From Bacteroidota bacterium (GTDB lineage Bacteria > Bacteroidota > Bacteroidia > B-17B0 > Aurantibacillaceae): a stretch of 53,456 nucleotides of DNA. The stretch lies in NCBI GenBank assembly GCA_036845295.1, contig DAIUED010000001.1:1-53456 (forward strand), read 5' to 3'. Every line of letters begins with the position of its first letter. Position 1 is the first letter of the stretch. This document shows positions 1 through 9,287 of this stretch, one piece after another. The notes below the pieces were generated by a model, which saw nothing but the letters and a program-made list of their open reading frames with translations, made no database searches and was not told where the DNA came from. The position numbers and the translations under genes are program-made.

Positions 1-37
1 TTTAGTTAAGAAATAACCGACGCCTTTCCAGAACATT

Positions 38-72
38 AAAAATCTCCTGCCGAAAACAGGAGATTTTTTTTG
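38..72. terminator. Bidirectional rho-independent terminator
   Basis: The perfect 8-bp stem atctcctg / caggagat (42-49 / 57-64) has a 7-nt loop. An A-run lies on the left and T7 on the right, so it reads as hairpin plus U-tract on both strands. It sits directly downstream of the minus-strand ORF ending at 79. Confidence 0.75.
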
Positions 73-78
73 CCTGTG

Positions 79-624
79 CTATTCTGCTTTGAACGCAAAC
101 TCCCGAAACACCTCCCAACTGTTTGAATTGTGTTTTAAGAGGCAAAAGGATTGGCATTCAAACGCCGCCTGAAAGGGCTGATGCTGGTAGTAGTCCCAAA
201 GACGGTAAAACACCGCTTTCTTGAGATCCCGGAATGCTACTGTAACATGCGGATGAAAGCCACGCCTGTCGTCGCTTTGGTTAAACAACTGAAGATTCTG
301 CCTGGCGCGTCGCACCACGGCCTGCTGCAAATCCGCCAACGGCTCACTATTCTCTACCCCTATAAAGATCACGCGTGGTTCAAAGCAATCGTAGTTGTGG
401 AGACGAAGAGTGAAAGGCCCGCCCGAAAAGCACGCAGAAAAGGTTTCGATCAAACGGTTCTCTTTGGCTTCTTCCCAGCTGAAAGGCATGTGCAATGTGA
501 TGTGGGCCGGCGAACGAAGCGCTCCTTTGGTTCCGTAACTATCTGCGATCTGCTGTTTAATACCGCGGATTTCCGACAACAAGGGTTCGGGCGGAACAAT
601 GGCTATAAAGTACTTTTGCAGCAT
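79..624 (-). CDS. 2H phosphoesterase superfamily protein (LigT/ThpR-like 2'-5' RNA ligase / cyclic phosphodiesterase)
   Basis: The 181-aa ORF carries two H-x-T motifs (AHITLH and PHVTVA) with the spacing typical of the 2H fold. Its start overlaps the stop of the upstream PP2C gene (TGATG). Confidence 0.75.
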   Translation of the reverse strand: MLQKYFIAIVPPEPLLSEIRGIKQQIADSYGTKGALRSPAHITLHMPFSWEEAKENRLIETFSACFSGGPFTLRLHNYDCFEPRVIFIGVENSEPLADLQQAVVRRARQNLQLFNQSDDRRGFHPHVTVAFRDLKKAVFYRLWDYYQHQPFQAAFECQSFCLLKHNSNSWEVFREFAFKAE

Positions 625-1598
625 CAGATCCTAATGCCAATAACCAAAACGTCATCCACCTGCTCCTGGCTTCCTCTCCACTCTTCGAAGCGCTTTTCGA
701 GAATGGCGGCGTGGCTTGCCACAGGCTCACCGGCCAGCGACACCAGAAGTTCTTTGAGCTGGTTATACTTGAATTTTTTCCCTTTCGGCCCACCGAACTG
801 ATCGGCATAACCATCGGTATAAATATACACGAGATCGTTTTTCTGTAACGCAAATGTGTGGTTTGTGTATGTATCGGCCACGCCATCGGTATTGCTCCCT
901 ATTGGCAATTTATCGGGCCTTATTTCCAGGAGATCGCTGCCGTAAAACGCTTCCCGGGGTCCGACGGGACGGTAAGTATTGGCTATGTTTTTGCGGATAA
1001 TGCAAACGCCGTTAAAAGCACCGGCATATTGCAAACGAAGCGTCTTGTAATTGATGCTGCACAAAGCAAGGTCCATTCCATCTTTCACGGCATTAGCGTC
1101 GTACGACTGCCTGAGGGTGTCGTTAACGGAAATATCGAGATGGCGCAGGATCTCGCTCGGTTGCGCCAATTGCTTGTCCTGCACCGCCTGGTTCAGCGAC
1201 TTAAGGCCTACCACGCTCATCATGGCCCCCGGAACGCCGTGGCCGGTGCAATCAACGGCAGCCACCAGCACTTCGTCGCCGAGTTGCTCTACCCAATAAA
1301 AATCGCCACTTACAATATCCTTCGGCCTGTAAAACACGGCGCTTTGCGGGAGCAGAGCTTCCACGCGCGAGGCTGTAGGAATAATAGACATCTGGATGCG
1401 AAGCGCATACCGGATACTGTCGGTTATTTCCTGCTCCTTATGACGCAGGGCTTCTGTTTGGGTATAGATGCGCTCCTGCAAGTCGCGTCGCGACTCGTGG
1501 TGACGTTTCCGTTCTGAGGCAAGCATGGTTGTTACCACGCCAAGGCCCACTGCCAGAACAGCTGCAACTGAAAACCAGAAAACGGAAATCTCAAACAT
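624..1598 (-). CDS. Membrane-anchored PP2C/SpoIIE-family serine phosphatase
   Basis: It has an N-terminal TM helix, a coiled-coil linker and a C-terminal PP2C-like region (SGDFYW, DCTGHGVPGA, TDGYADQ, DDVLVIGIRI). Confidence 0.8.
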   Translation of the reverse strand: MFEISVFWFSVAAVLAVGLGVVTTMLASERKRHHESRRDLQERIYTQTEALRHKEQEITDSIRYALRIQMSIIPTASRVEALLPQSAVFYRPKDIVSGDFYWVEQLGDEVLVAAVDCTGHGVPGAMMSVVGLKSLNQAVQDKQLAQPSEILRHLDISVNDTLRQSYDANAVKDGMDLALCSINYKTLRLQYAGAFNGVCIIRKNIANTYRPVGPREAFYGSDLLEIRPDKLPIGSNTDGVADTYTNHTFALQKNDLVYIYTDGYADQFGGPKGKKFKYNQLKELLVSLAGEPVASHAAILEKRFEEWRGSQEQVDDVLVIGIRI

Positions 1599-1623
1599 AC
1601 GAACGAGGGCTACGCAAAACGCT

Positions 1624-1631
1624 TATCTTTG
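1624..1631 (+). promoter_or_regulatory. Candidate Bacteroidota -7 promoter box (TATCTTTG, matching TAnnTTTG)
   Basis: The motif matches exactly and lies 42 nt upstream of the ATG at 1673. No clear -33 TTG was seen, so this is weak. Confidence 0.3.
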
Positions 1632-1672
1632 TTTTATTATAAAATTATACATTTTAATTTAATTCGCACATT

Positions 1673-2149
1673 ATGGCCGAAGACCTGCTGATAGAAGGTT
1701 CTACGAAACAAGAAAGATACGAGTCGCTGATTCCGCAAATCCGCGCGTTGCTGCAAGGCGAAACCGATCCTGTAGCCAACATGGGCAATATCTGTGCTGC
1801 CCTGAAATACGGAATGGATTTTTTCTGGGTGGGCTTTTACCTGGTCAACGGCAACGAACTCGTGCTCGGGCCATTCCAGGGTCCTGTGGCCTGCACACGC
1901 ATTACCAAAGGCAAAGGTGTTTGTGGAAGTGCCTGGGACCAGAACGACGTGCTGATCGTTGATGATGTAGAACAATTTCCCGGCCACATCGCCTGCAGCT
2001 CGCTTTCGCGCTCCGAGATCGTGATTCCGCTACACGACAGCCTGGGCGTAGTGAAAGGCGTATTGGATGTAGATAGCAGTGACCTGGCTTCCTTTGATAC
2101 CATCGACTGCCATTACCTTCAACAAATCTTGTCGCTGCTGCAACTTTAA
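1673..2149 (+). CDS. msrC: GAF-domain free methionine-(R)-sulfoxide reductase
   Basis: The 158-aa ORF has the conserved fRMsr/YebR pattern: GFYL...LVLGPFQG.VAC.RI..GKGVCG...FPGHIACSS.S.SEIV.P. Confidence 0.8.
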   Translation: MAEDLLIEGSTKQERYESLIPQIRALLQGETDPVANMGNICAALKYGMDFFWVGFYLVNGNELVLGPFQGPVACTRITKGKGVCGSAWDQNDVLIVDDVEQFPGHIACSSLSRSEIVIPLHDSLGVVKGVLDVDSSDLASFDTIDCHYLQQILSLLQL

Positions 2150-2221
2150 CATCTTGCTATGTGACGACCAGCACAAGGTTTGCTGCAATTTCATTATCTT
2201 TAAACAAACTAAATCCGTGAT

Positions 2222-4012
2222 ATGGAAGTAACACGCCTCTTCGATATTCTTGATCTATACAAAGGCACTTATACCAAAGACGATCTGCTGTGTGCCAAAG
2301 AAAAAAGCGACGCCGGCCGCGGCTGGAAAAAATACAGCAGCGATGATTTTATCGACCGGACCAATTGGGTAAGCTACGGTCTTTTTGCTCTTGGTCTCGA
2401 AGAAGGAGACCGTGTTGCTATCATTTCCAACAACCGGCCCGAGTGGAATTTCTGCGATTTTGGCTGCCAACAGGCCAATATGATCTCAGTACCTATTTTC
2501 CCGACCATCAGTGGCCACGACCTTCAATATATTTTGAACCACGCCGGCGTAAAAGCTGTTTTTATTTCCGACAAACTGATATACACGCGCCTGGCGGCAA
2601 TCGAAAAAGAAATTCCAGAAGTAAAACATGTGATCAGTTTTACACCGCTCGATGGCATTATGCCTTTCAGCGATTTTCTGGAGCTTGGGAAAAAACAAGC
2701 TATCCCCGATAAAATAGAAGGCATCAAAGCAAGGGTAAAGCCTGATGACCTGATGACGATTCTTTACACATCGGGTACTACCGGCACTCCAAAAGGTGTG
2801 ATGATATCCCATCATAACCTGGTATCAAACGTAAAAGCCTGCCAACACCTGGCGCCATTCCAACTCAACTGGCGCGCGCTGAGTTTTTTGCCGCTCAACC
2901 ATGTGTATGAACGCATGATCAGCATGCTATATTTATATAAAAGCGTTTCGATTTATTATGCCGAAGGTGTAGAAACCATCGGCGACAACCTGAAAGAGAT
3001 CAAACCACACATCTTTGTTTCGGTACCCCGGCTCATCGAACGTGTGTACGAAAAAATAACTGCCACCGGCGAAAAGCTGACTGGCTTTAAGCGAAAGATC
3101 TTCGATTGGAGCTTGCAGCTTGCGCAACGCTATACGCTTCCCAATAACAATGGCGCCTGGTATAACATTCAGCGGAAAGTGGCTGATATGCTGGTTTATA
3201 GCAAATGGCGTGACGCACTCGGTGGCGAATTGGTGTGCATCGTTTCCGGCGGCGCGGCGCTCAATCCTAAGCTCGAGCGGGTTTTTTTATGTGCAGGCAT
3301 TACTTGTTTACAGGGCTATGGTCTCACGGAAACTGCGGTAGTGATCAGTGTAAATCATTATGGTGGCGACAACATCCGCATTGGCACTGTAGGCCCGGTT
3401 ATCGAAAATGTACAGGTTAAAATCTCGCCCGACGATCACGAGATCCTGATAAAAGGACCTAATATCATGCTTGGCTATTACAAAAATCCGGACGCCACCA
3501 AGGAGGCCATTGATGCTGAAGGATGGTTTCACAGTGGCGATGTAGGAGAGTTTGTAGAAAACCGCTTTCTCAAGATCACAGACCGCAAAAAAGAAATCTT
3601 CAAAACCACTTCGGGCAAATACATAGCTCCGCTGATGATCGAAAATAAGATTAAGGAAAGCCGGTTTGTAGAGCAAAGCATGGTAGTTGGTGAAAATCAG
3701 AAATTTGCCTCGGCTCTTATTGTGCCTTCGTTTGCCAATTTCAGAGAATATTGCAAAGATCACGGCATTGCCTGGACCTCCAATGACGAAATGAGCCAGC
3801 ACGAAGCATTACGGAAACTCATCAACGACCACATTAAACAAATCAACAAAGTGCTTGCACCTTATGAGCAACTGAAACGGGTAAGTATTCTGAAAAAAGA
3901 ATGGACCGTGGAAGGCGGGGAACTAACACCTAAAATGAGCCTGAAACGCAAGGTAATTAAAGAAAAATACGTCGCTGACATTGCGGGTATTTACGCAGCA
4001 GACGAATCATGA
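2222..4012 (+). CDS. Long-chain fatty acid-CoA ligase (AMP-dependent synthetase)
   Basis: It has the AMP-binding signature YTSGTTGTPKGV, GYGLTET, and FHSGDVG...ITDRKKEIFK. The length of 596 aa is typical of FadD-like ligases. Confidence 0.85.
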   Translation: MEVTRLFDILDLYKGTYTKDDLLCAKEKSDAGRGWKKYSSDDFIDRTNWVSYGLFALGLEEGDRVAIISNNRPEWNFCDFGCQQANMISVPIFPTISGHDLQYILNHAGVKAVFISDKLIYTRLAAIEKEIPEVKHVISFTPLDGIMPFSDFLELGKKQAIPDKIEGIKARVKPDDLMTILYTSGTTGTPKGVMISHHNLVSNVKACQHLAPFQLNWRALSFLPLNHVYERMISMLYLYKSVSIYYAEGVETIGDNLKEIKPHIFVSVPRLIERVYEKITATGEKLTGFKRKIFDWSLQLAQRYTLPNNNGAWYNIQRKVADMLVYSKWRDALGGELVCIVSGGAALNPKLERVFLCAGITCLQGYGLTETAVVISVNHYGGDNIRIGTVGPVIENVQVKISPDDHEILIKGPNIMLGYYKNPDATKEAIDAEGWFHSGDVGEFVENRFLKITDRKKEIFKTTSGKYIAPLMIENKIKESRFVEQSMVVGENQKFASALIVPSFANFREYCKDHGIAWTSNDEMSQHEALRKLINDHIKQINKVLAPYEQLKRVSILKKEWTVEGGELTPKMSLKRKVIKEKYVADIAGIYAADES

Positions 4013-5055
4013 AGAACGCGCACCCTGTTTCCAAAAAGCTGATTACCTGGTATAAAACGCATCAGCGGGATTTACCCTGGCGGAATACCGACGATCCTTA
4101 CCGGATATGGCTTTCGGAAATCATTCTGCAACAAACACAGGTAGCGCAAGGCTTGAGTTACTACCTCAAGTTTACCGAGCACTTTCCAACAGTGAAACAT
4201 CTGGCCAATGCGCCCGAAGATTTGGTCATGCGTTTATGGCAGGGACTAGGCTACTACTCGCGTGCGCGCAACCTGCATACGGCGGCTAAAACGATAGAGG
4301 CGGTACACCGGGGCAAATTCCCTGATACTTTTACAGGCATCAAATCACTTAAAGGCGTTGGCGATTATACAGCCGCAGCCGTTGCCTCTTTTGCCTACGG
4401 CCTGCCGCATGCCGTGCTCGACGGCAATGTGTACAGGGTATTATCGCGCCTGTTCAACATTCATACACCCATCAACTCAGGAGCCGGCAAAAAAGAATTC
4501 CAGATGCTGGCCGATATGTTGTTGGACCCGAAACAGGCAGCACTTCATAACAGTGCCATGATGGAGTTCGGCGCATTGTGGTGCCGGCCACAAAACCCGA
4601 AATGCCACGATTGTCCAGTACGCGAACATTGCCTGGCTCTGGAAAAAGGAACGGTAGCCGAACTCCCGGTAAAGGCTAAAACGGTAAAAATACGACCCCG
4701 CTATTTTCATTATCTTATCCTGAATTATGGTAATACGGTTTACATTCGCAAGCGCACGCAGAAAGATATTTGGCAAAACCTTTACGAGTTTTACCTCATC
4801 GAAACGGATGGGCCGGCATCTGAAAACCTTATACTGACTGAACCGTCACTCCGGAAACTGACAGGCCGCTTTCGCGTGGACGCGATAAAAACCCTTAAAA
4901 AGCACGTGTTGTCTCATCAGGAAATATTTGGCACATTTTATGAACTTAGTCTGGAAAGAGCGCCGCGAGACCCAGACCTTTTGGCTGTGAAACGTGATGA
5001 GCTAAAACACTATGCCCTTCCGCAATTGCTTATTAAATATCTGGCCGGGGCTTGA
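4009..5055 (+). CDS. mutY: A/G-specific adenine DNA glycosylase
   Basis: It has an HhH-GPD core (LPWR...PY.IWLSEIILQQTQV, GLGYYSRARNL, KGVGDYTAAAV), an Fe-S cluster motif (C-x6-C-x2-C-x5-C: CRPQNPKCHDCPVREHC) and a C-terminal NUDIX-like domain. There is a 4-nt overlap with the upstream gene. Confidence 0.9.
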   Translation: MKNAHPVSKKLITWYKTHQRDLPWRNTDDPYRIWLSEIILQQTQVAQGLSYYLKFTEHFPTVKHLANAPEDLVMRLWQGLGYYSRARNLHTAAKTIEAVHRGKFPDTFTGIKSLKGVGDYTAAAVASFAYGLPHAVLDGNVYRVLSRLFNIHTPINSGAGKKEFQMLADMLLDPKQAALHNSAMMEFGALWCRPQNPKCHDCPVREHCLALEKGTVAELPVKAKTVKIRPRYFHYLILNYGNTVYIRKRTQKDIWQNLYEFYLIETDGPASENLILTEPSLRKLTGRFRVDAIKTLKKHVLSHQEIFGTFYELSLERAPRDPDLLAVKRDELKHYALPQLLIKYLAGA

Positions 5056-5092
5056 TAGTGTGCGTAAATTTATTTTATTTTGATAAAGCACC

Positions 5093-5692
5093 TTGAAAAT
5101 CGAAACGATGAAAACAAAACAAAATCCATCCGGAAAGCTCCGCGCTATTCTCTGTATCCTAACCCTTGCTTCTGCATTTGGAACTGCACAGGCCCAGCTG
5201 TATAAAAACAAAGCGGATGGAGGCGTGATCTCCTTTTTTTCAAAAGCACCACTGGAAGATATTGAGGCCGTCAACAAAAAAGTAACGGTGGTGATGAAAA
5301 CAACGACCAGCGACCTGCAGTTTGGAGTTACCATGCTTAATTTTAAGTTTTCGAAACCGCTGATGGAAGAGCACTTCAATGAAAACTATGTGGAATCGGA
5401 GAAATACCCGACCTGCACTTTCAAAGGAAAAATTGCCGAAACGATAGATTACAGTAAAGATGGCGAATACCGGGTAACGGCCAAAGGCACCATGACGCTA
5501 CATGGTGTTTCGAAAGAGGTAGAAATTCCGGGGATGCTCACCGTTAAAAGCGGTAATATTCTCCTGAACGCCAAGTTCAAACTTAAGGTGGCAGACTATA
5601 ATATTAAAGTACCTTCGATGTATGTGCAGAATATTGCAGAGGAAGTCGAAATTACTGTAAATGCAACGCTTGAACCTTTCGAAAAAAAATAA
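5093..5692 (+). CDS. YceI-like periplasmic protein
   Basis: It has a signal peptide and a roughly 170-aa beta-rich body resembling YceI-family lipid/polyisoprenoid-binding proteins. This is recognition by eye only. Confidence 0.55.
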   Translation: MKIETMKTKQNPSGKLRAILCILTLASAFGTAQAQLYKNKADGGVISFFSKAPLEDIEAVNKKVTVVMKTTTSDLQFGVTMLNFKFSKPLMEEHFNENYVESEKYPTCTFKGKIAETIDYSKDGEYRVTAKGTMTLHGVSKEVEIPGMLTVKSGNILLNAKFKLKVADYNIKVPSMYVQNIAEEVEITVNATLEPFEKK

Positions 5693-5720
5693 AGCATTTT
5701 AACCCCCTCACAAGTAAAAA

Positions 5721-5749
5721 CGGATGCCCCCGGGGTTTCCGTTTTTTTT
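5721..5749 (+). terminator. Rho-independent terminator after the YceI-like gene
   Basis: A GC-rich hairpin (cgga-tg-ccc / ggg-gtt-tccg) is followed by T8. It covers the first ATG of the tracked ORF at 5724, which argues for the downstream start at 5781. Confidence 0.7.
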
Positions 5750-5780
5750 GTATATCTTTGAAAATCAAAATCCGAACTAT

Positions 5781-6728
5781 ATGGTAAGACCTTTTATGTT
5801 TTGTTTGTTATGTTTTGCTTCTCTCGCTTCGTTTGCGCAAGACGATCTTTTGGACCTCGTGAAAGACGATGTAAAAACGGAAGCACCCCGCAAGGTGTAC
5901 GCAACATTTAAAACCACCAAGATCGTGAGTGCGCAAAGTACCGAAACGGTAAAAAAACGCAACCTTGATTACAGGATCACACACCGCTTTGGCAATATTT
6001 ACAACAGCTCTACACCAAACCCACTCAATGATGCTGCTCATACAGCGTTCGGCATGGATAACTCCACCGACATACGCATGTCGTTCGACTATGGCATTAC
6101 CGATGAGCTTACGGTAGGCATTGGACGCAGTAAGTTCAGAGAAATGAACGATGCGGTGGTAAAATGGCGTTTTCTGACACAACGTGTCGATAACAAAATT
6201 CCGGTATCGGTATGCTTCTACGGCAATGTGGGATATACGTCGATGACGCCTTCTAACTTATATGCAGGCACCATTCGTCCGGCTAAAACCAACGAGGCTC
6301 ACCGCTTCCAGTATTGCAGTCAGCTTATTATTGCCCGCAAGTTCAACAACAGCTTGTCGTTGGAACTGATCCCGACATACGTGCACCGAAACTTCATCAA
6401 ACAACAGATCAATGCCAAAAACGGCGTTCAGGATCAAAATGGGCTTTTTTCGCTCGGTATTGGCGGACGCGTAAAACTGAGCAAGCGTTTTGCGCTGGTA
6501 GCTGATTATTTCTACAATTTCTCGGATTTCCAAAAAGGCAACCCAGCCGGATATTATAATCCCCTTTCGGTGGGTGTAGAAATCGAAACCGGCGGACACG
6601 TATTCCACATCAACTTTTCCAATTCTCCTGCCATCCTGGAAAGCAGCATGCTCACCGCCACACAGGACACCTGGACGAAAGGCCAGATTAAACTGGGTTT
6701 CAATATTTCGAGGTGGTTTGCGCTGTAA
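5781..6728 (+). CDS. Secreted beta-barrel protein (DUF5777-like)
   Basis: I moved the start to M20 of the tracked ORF. That gives a clean signal peptide (MVRPFMFCLLCFASLASFAQ) and avoids the terminator. Alternating beta-strand composition ends in an aromatic residue (RWFAL). Pairing with YceI is common in Bacteroidota, from memory. Confidence 0.5.
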   Translation: MVRPFMFCLLCFASLASFAQDDLLDLVKDDVKTEAPRKVYATFKTTKIVSAQSTETVKKRNLDYRITHRFGNIYNSSTPNPLNDAAHTAFGMDNSTDIRMSFDYGITDELTVGIGRSKFREMNDAVVKWRFLTQRVDNKIPVSVCFYGNVGYTSMTPSNLYAGTIRPAKTNEAHRFQYCSQLIIARKFNNSLSLELIPTYVHRNFIKQQINAKNGVQDQNGLFSLGIGGRVKLSKRFALVADYFYNFSDFQKGNPAGYYNPLSVGVEIETGGHVFHINFSNSPAILESSMLTATQDTWTKGQIKLGFNISRWFAL

Positions 6729-6737
6729 AGCTTATCC

Positions 6738-7487
6738 ATGTTGGTTGAGCAAGTACGCGATACAGTAGGGCAAGCCACGGTTTCTATCTTTAGCAACCAT
6801 GCGCTCCCGGCCGTAGATGCTGCTCCGGTTTTCAGGAACGGAACACCGTACTACTGGCCTATTGTATTGCTCTTCCTGGTGTTCAGCATCTATGTTTACC
6901 TCAACTTCACCAATCCCAAAAAGCTACTACAGGTATTTGTGTCGGTGTATAGCAACCAGGCGGCCAAACAACTTTACAGGGAAGATTACCGTCTCACCAA
7001 AAGCATGTCGGTACTTCTTTCAACAGCCTTCGTGATGGTTATGGCTTTTCTTCTGCATGTTGTCAACAGCTATTTCGGCTTTATCTTGCCGGATGTCCCG
7101 CCACTGAAACAATTCCTGTTTTTTACAACTGTCATTCTGGTGATGTATATCGTGAAACTATCTGTGAATTATTTCATCGCATTTAGCACGCTCAACCAGG
7201 AACTGTATAATGAATACACGTTCAATGTCTTTATTTTTTCGCAAACTTTAGGAGTCATCCTTCTTCCCCTGGTCATTTGCATCCAATTCTCCAGATATCC
7301 TACAGAATGGTTTCTTTACCCGGCTATCGTGCTATGTGGATTGTTTTATCTGTTGCGCTTTGTCAGGGGCTTTATTCTATCTGTAGCCGAACAAAACGTT
7401 GGGATTATCTATATTTTTTTGTACCTTTGCGCACTTGAAATCTTACCTCTTCTTGTACTAACAAAATTTTTACTGGTTAATTTTTAA
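6738..7487 (+). CDS. Multi-pass membrane protein (DUF4271-like)
   Basis: It has about 6 predicted TM helices and lies immediately upstream of the HemD-like gene, an arrangement I recall as conserved in Bacteroidota. Confidence 0.5.
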   Translation: MLVEQVRDTVGQATVSIFSNHALPAVDAAPVFRNGTPYYWPIVLLFLVFSIYVYLNFTNPKKLLQVFVSVYSNQAAKQLYREDYRLTKSMSVLLSTAFVMVMAFLLHVVNSYFGFILPDVPPLKQFLFFTTVILVMYIVKLSVNYFIAFSTLNQELYNEYTFNVFIFSQTLGVILLPLVICIQFSRYPTEWFLYPAIVLCGLFYLLRFVRGFILSVAEQNVGIIYIFLYLCALEILPLLVLTKFLLVNF

Positions 7488-7488
7488 T

Positions 7489-8724
7489 ATGGCTATCAAG
7501 AAAAAAAAGGCTGTTACCGTAGTTTCAAAAGCTAAAACCACGAAAGGAAAAAATTCGACAACGGGTAAATCCACGAAGAGTGTAAGCAAAAAAATGCCGG
7601 CAACTAAAGTGCCTGCTGCCAAAAATGCCGTTAAAAAAGCGGCGCCGAAAAAAGAAGCTCCTAAAAAAGCGACGGCCAAAGCGCCTAAGAAGGCTGTAAA
7701 AGCAGCGCCGGTTAAAAAAACGGTGAAAGTAGCGCCAAAAAAGGCAGCTAAACCTGTTGCCAAAAAAGCAGCGGCACCGGCTAAAAAGCAAGTTGCCCGC
7801 CCGCTTACCGAAACTAAAGCCAACAAACAAGTTCATGCAGAAGTAAAAAGCATTGCCGAAACAAGCAAGCCTGTTGCCGCCGCAGAAAAGATCGTGAAGG
7901 TTGGCGTTAAAACAAAAAAACAGCTGGTGGCAGCTGCACCGCAACCGGCGATTGAGGTATCCAATCACCCAAAAAGCAGGGTGAAAACGATCCTTATTTC
8001 GCAGCCGAAACCTGAAACGGAAAAAAGTCCATATTACGATCTTGCTAATAAATACAACCTGATCGAAACATTCCGTCAATTTATCAAGATCGAAGGTCTG
8101 CCGGTTAAAGATTTCAGGGCACAACGCATCGATATTCTTGAACATAAAGCGGTGATTCTTACCAGCCGTATGGCTGTCGATCATTTCTTCAGAATGTGCA
8201 ACGAAATGCGTGTGACCGTTCCGGAGTCCATGAAATATTTCTGCATCAACGAAGCAACCGCATACTACCTTCAGAAGTATATCCAGTACCGTAAGCGTAA
8301 GATTTTCTTCGGGCACCAAACCATCCAGGATCTGGTGGACGTGATCCGGAAAAACCGGGATGAAAAATTCCTGCTGCCTGCTGCCGATGTGCAAAAGGAA
8401 CAGATCGTGGATTTTTTAGATGCCCTTCATATCAAATACACCAAAGCGGTAATGTACCGTACTGTAAGTGCCGACCTGAGCGACATTAAAAACCTCAACG
8501 AATTTGATGTGCTGGTGTTCTTTACGCCGGCCGGTATCCGTTCGCTGAAACATAACTTTCCGAATTTTGTACAGGGTAATACGCGTATCGCCTGCTTTGG
8601 CGTAGCTACAGCCAATACACTTATTAAAAACGGCTACCGGCTCGACATTTATGCGCCGAATCCGAAAAACCCGAGCATGTCTGGCGCGCTGGATGCCTAT
8701 ATCAAAGAGGCTAACAAACGCTGA
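7489..8724 (+). CDS. Uroporphyrinogen-III synthase-like (HEM4) protein with a long Lys/Ala/Pro-rich N-terminal extension
   Basis: The C-terminal ~245 aa (from VKTILISQPKPE) resembles HemD/HEM4. The N-terminal ~165 aa is low-complexity KKAAPKK-type sequence. Confidence 0.65.
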   Translation: MAIKKKKAVTVVSKAKTTKGKNSTTGKSTKSVSKKMPATKVPAAKNAVKKAAPKKEAPKKATAKAPKKAVKAAPVKKTVKVAPKKAAKPVAKKAAAPAKKQVARPLTETKANKQVHAEVKSIAETSKPVAAAEKIVKVGVKTKKQLVAAAPQPAIEVSNHPKSRVKTILISQPKPETEKSPYYDLANKYNLIETFRQFIKIEGLPVKDFRAQRIDILEHKAVILTSRMAVDHFFRMCNEMRVTVPESMKYFCINEATAYYLQKYIQYRKRKIFFGHQTIQDLVDVIRKNRDEKFLLPAADVQKEQIVDFLDALHIKYTKAVMYRTVSADLSDIKNLNEFDVLVFFTPAGIRSLKHNFPNFVQGNTRIACFGVATANTLIKNGYRLDIYAPNPKNPSMSGALDAYIKEANKR

Positions 8725-8795
8725 TTCCTGCTCCAACGTGCAACCGGCGCGCCTCGTTATGAGGCGGTAAAACAGGCACTGTATTTATAGCTTTC

Positions 8796-9188
8796 ATGGA
8801 TTTTACTTTTGATAAGGCCGAACGGTTATGCAGCAAAAAGGCATTAGACGCCCTTTTTTCGGGTGGAAAATCCAAGAGTCACTTCCCTCTCAAACTTATT
8901 TTCAAAGAAAGTGATTATGAAAGTGCATTTCCTGCCAGGGTTGTATTTATTGTTCCAAAGAAAAAACACCGGCGGGCAAACAAGCGCAATACCATCCGCC
9001 GGCGCATGCGCGAGGCCTACCGCCTCAATAAACACGGTTTATATCAAAGCCTGGGCGAGCGCAAACTAGACCTGATGTTTGTTTACCTGAGCACCGACAT
9101 GTCAACCTACGCACAGATAGAATCTGTTATGCAGAAGCTCATGGAACACCTTGCTGCGACATTGCCCATCAAAGCCACAGAGTCCTGA
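8796..9188 (+). CDS. rnpA: Ribonuclease P protein component
   Basis: The 130-aa basic protein has the RNR-like motif (KKKHRRANKRNTIRRRMREAYR) typical of RnpA. Confidence 0.85.
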   Translation: MDFTFDKAERLCSKKALDALFSGGKSKSHFPLKLIFKESDYESAFPARVVFIVPKKKHRRANKRNTIRRRMREAYRLNKHGLYQSLGERKLDLMFVYLSTDMSTYAQIESVMQKLMEHLAATLPIKATES

Positions 9189-9233
9189 TCCTTTAACTGA
9201 TACGTGGCGTCCCATTGGGCTGCGTTCGATATA

Positions 9234-9263
9234 CAAAAAAAGCCATTCGCGTTGCGAATGGCT
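9234..9263 (-). terminator. Rho-independent terminator (minus strand)
   Basis: The perfect 10-bp stem agccattcgc / gcgaatggct has a 3-nt loop. It is preceded on the plus strand by A7, which is a U-tract on the minus strand. It lies just downstream of the minus ORF ending at 9288. Confidence 0.65.
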
Positions 9264-9287
9264 TCCAAACAGACTTATCTGCTGTTT

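Noticed and set aside
5724-5780. The upstream ATG at 5724 extends the beta-barrel protein ORF by 19 codons.
   Set aside because: That ATG sits inside the terminator hairpin and T-tract of the preceding gene. The extension (MPPGFPFFLYIFENQNPNY) precedes an obvious signal peptide that begins at 5781.
7470-8394. Minus-strand ORFs 7470-7826 (118 aa, Ala/Phe/Leu-rich) and 7525-8394 (289 aa, Phe/Arg-rich) lie opposite the HemD-like gene.
   Set aside because: They are antisense shadows of the Lys/Ala-rich coding repeat, where AAG/GCN codons read as CTT/NGC. They have grossly biased composition and no recognisable motifs. The plus-strand frame carries the HemD-like domain.
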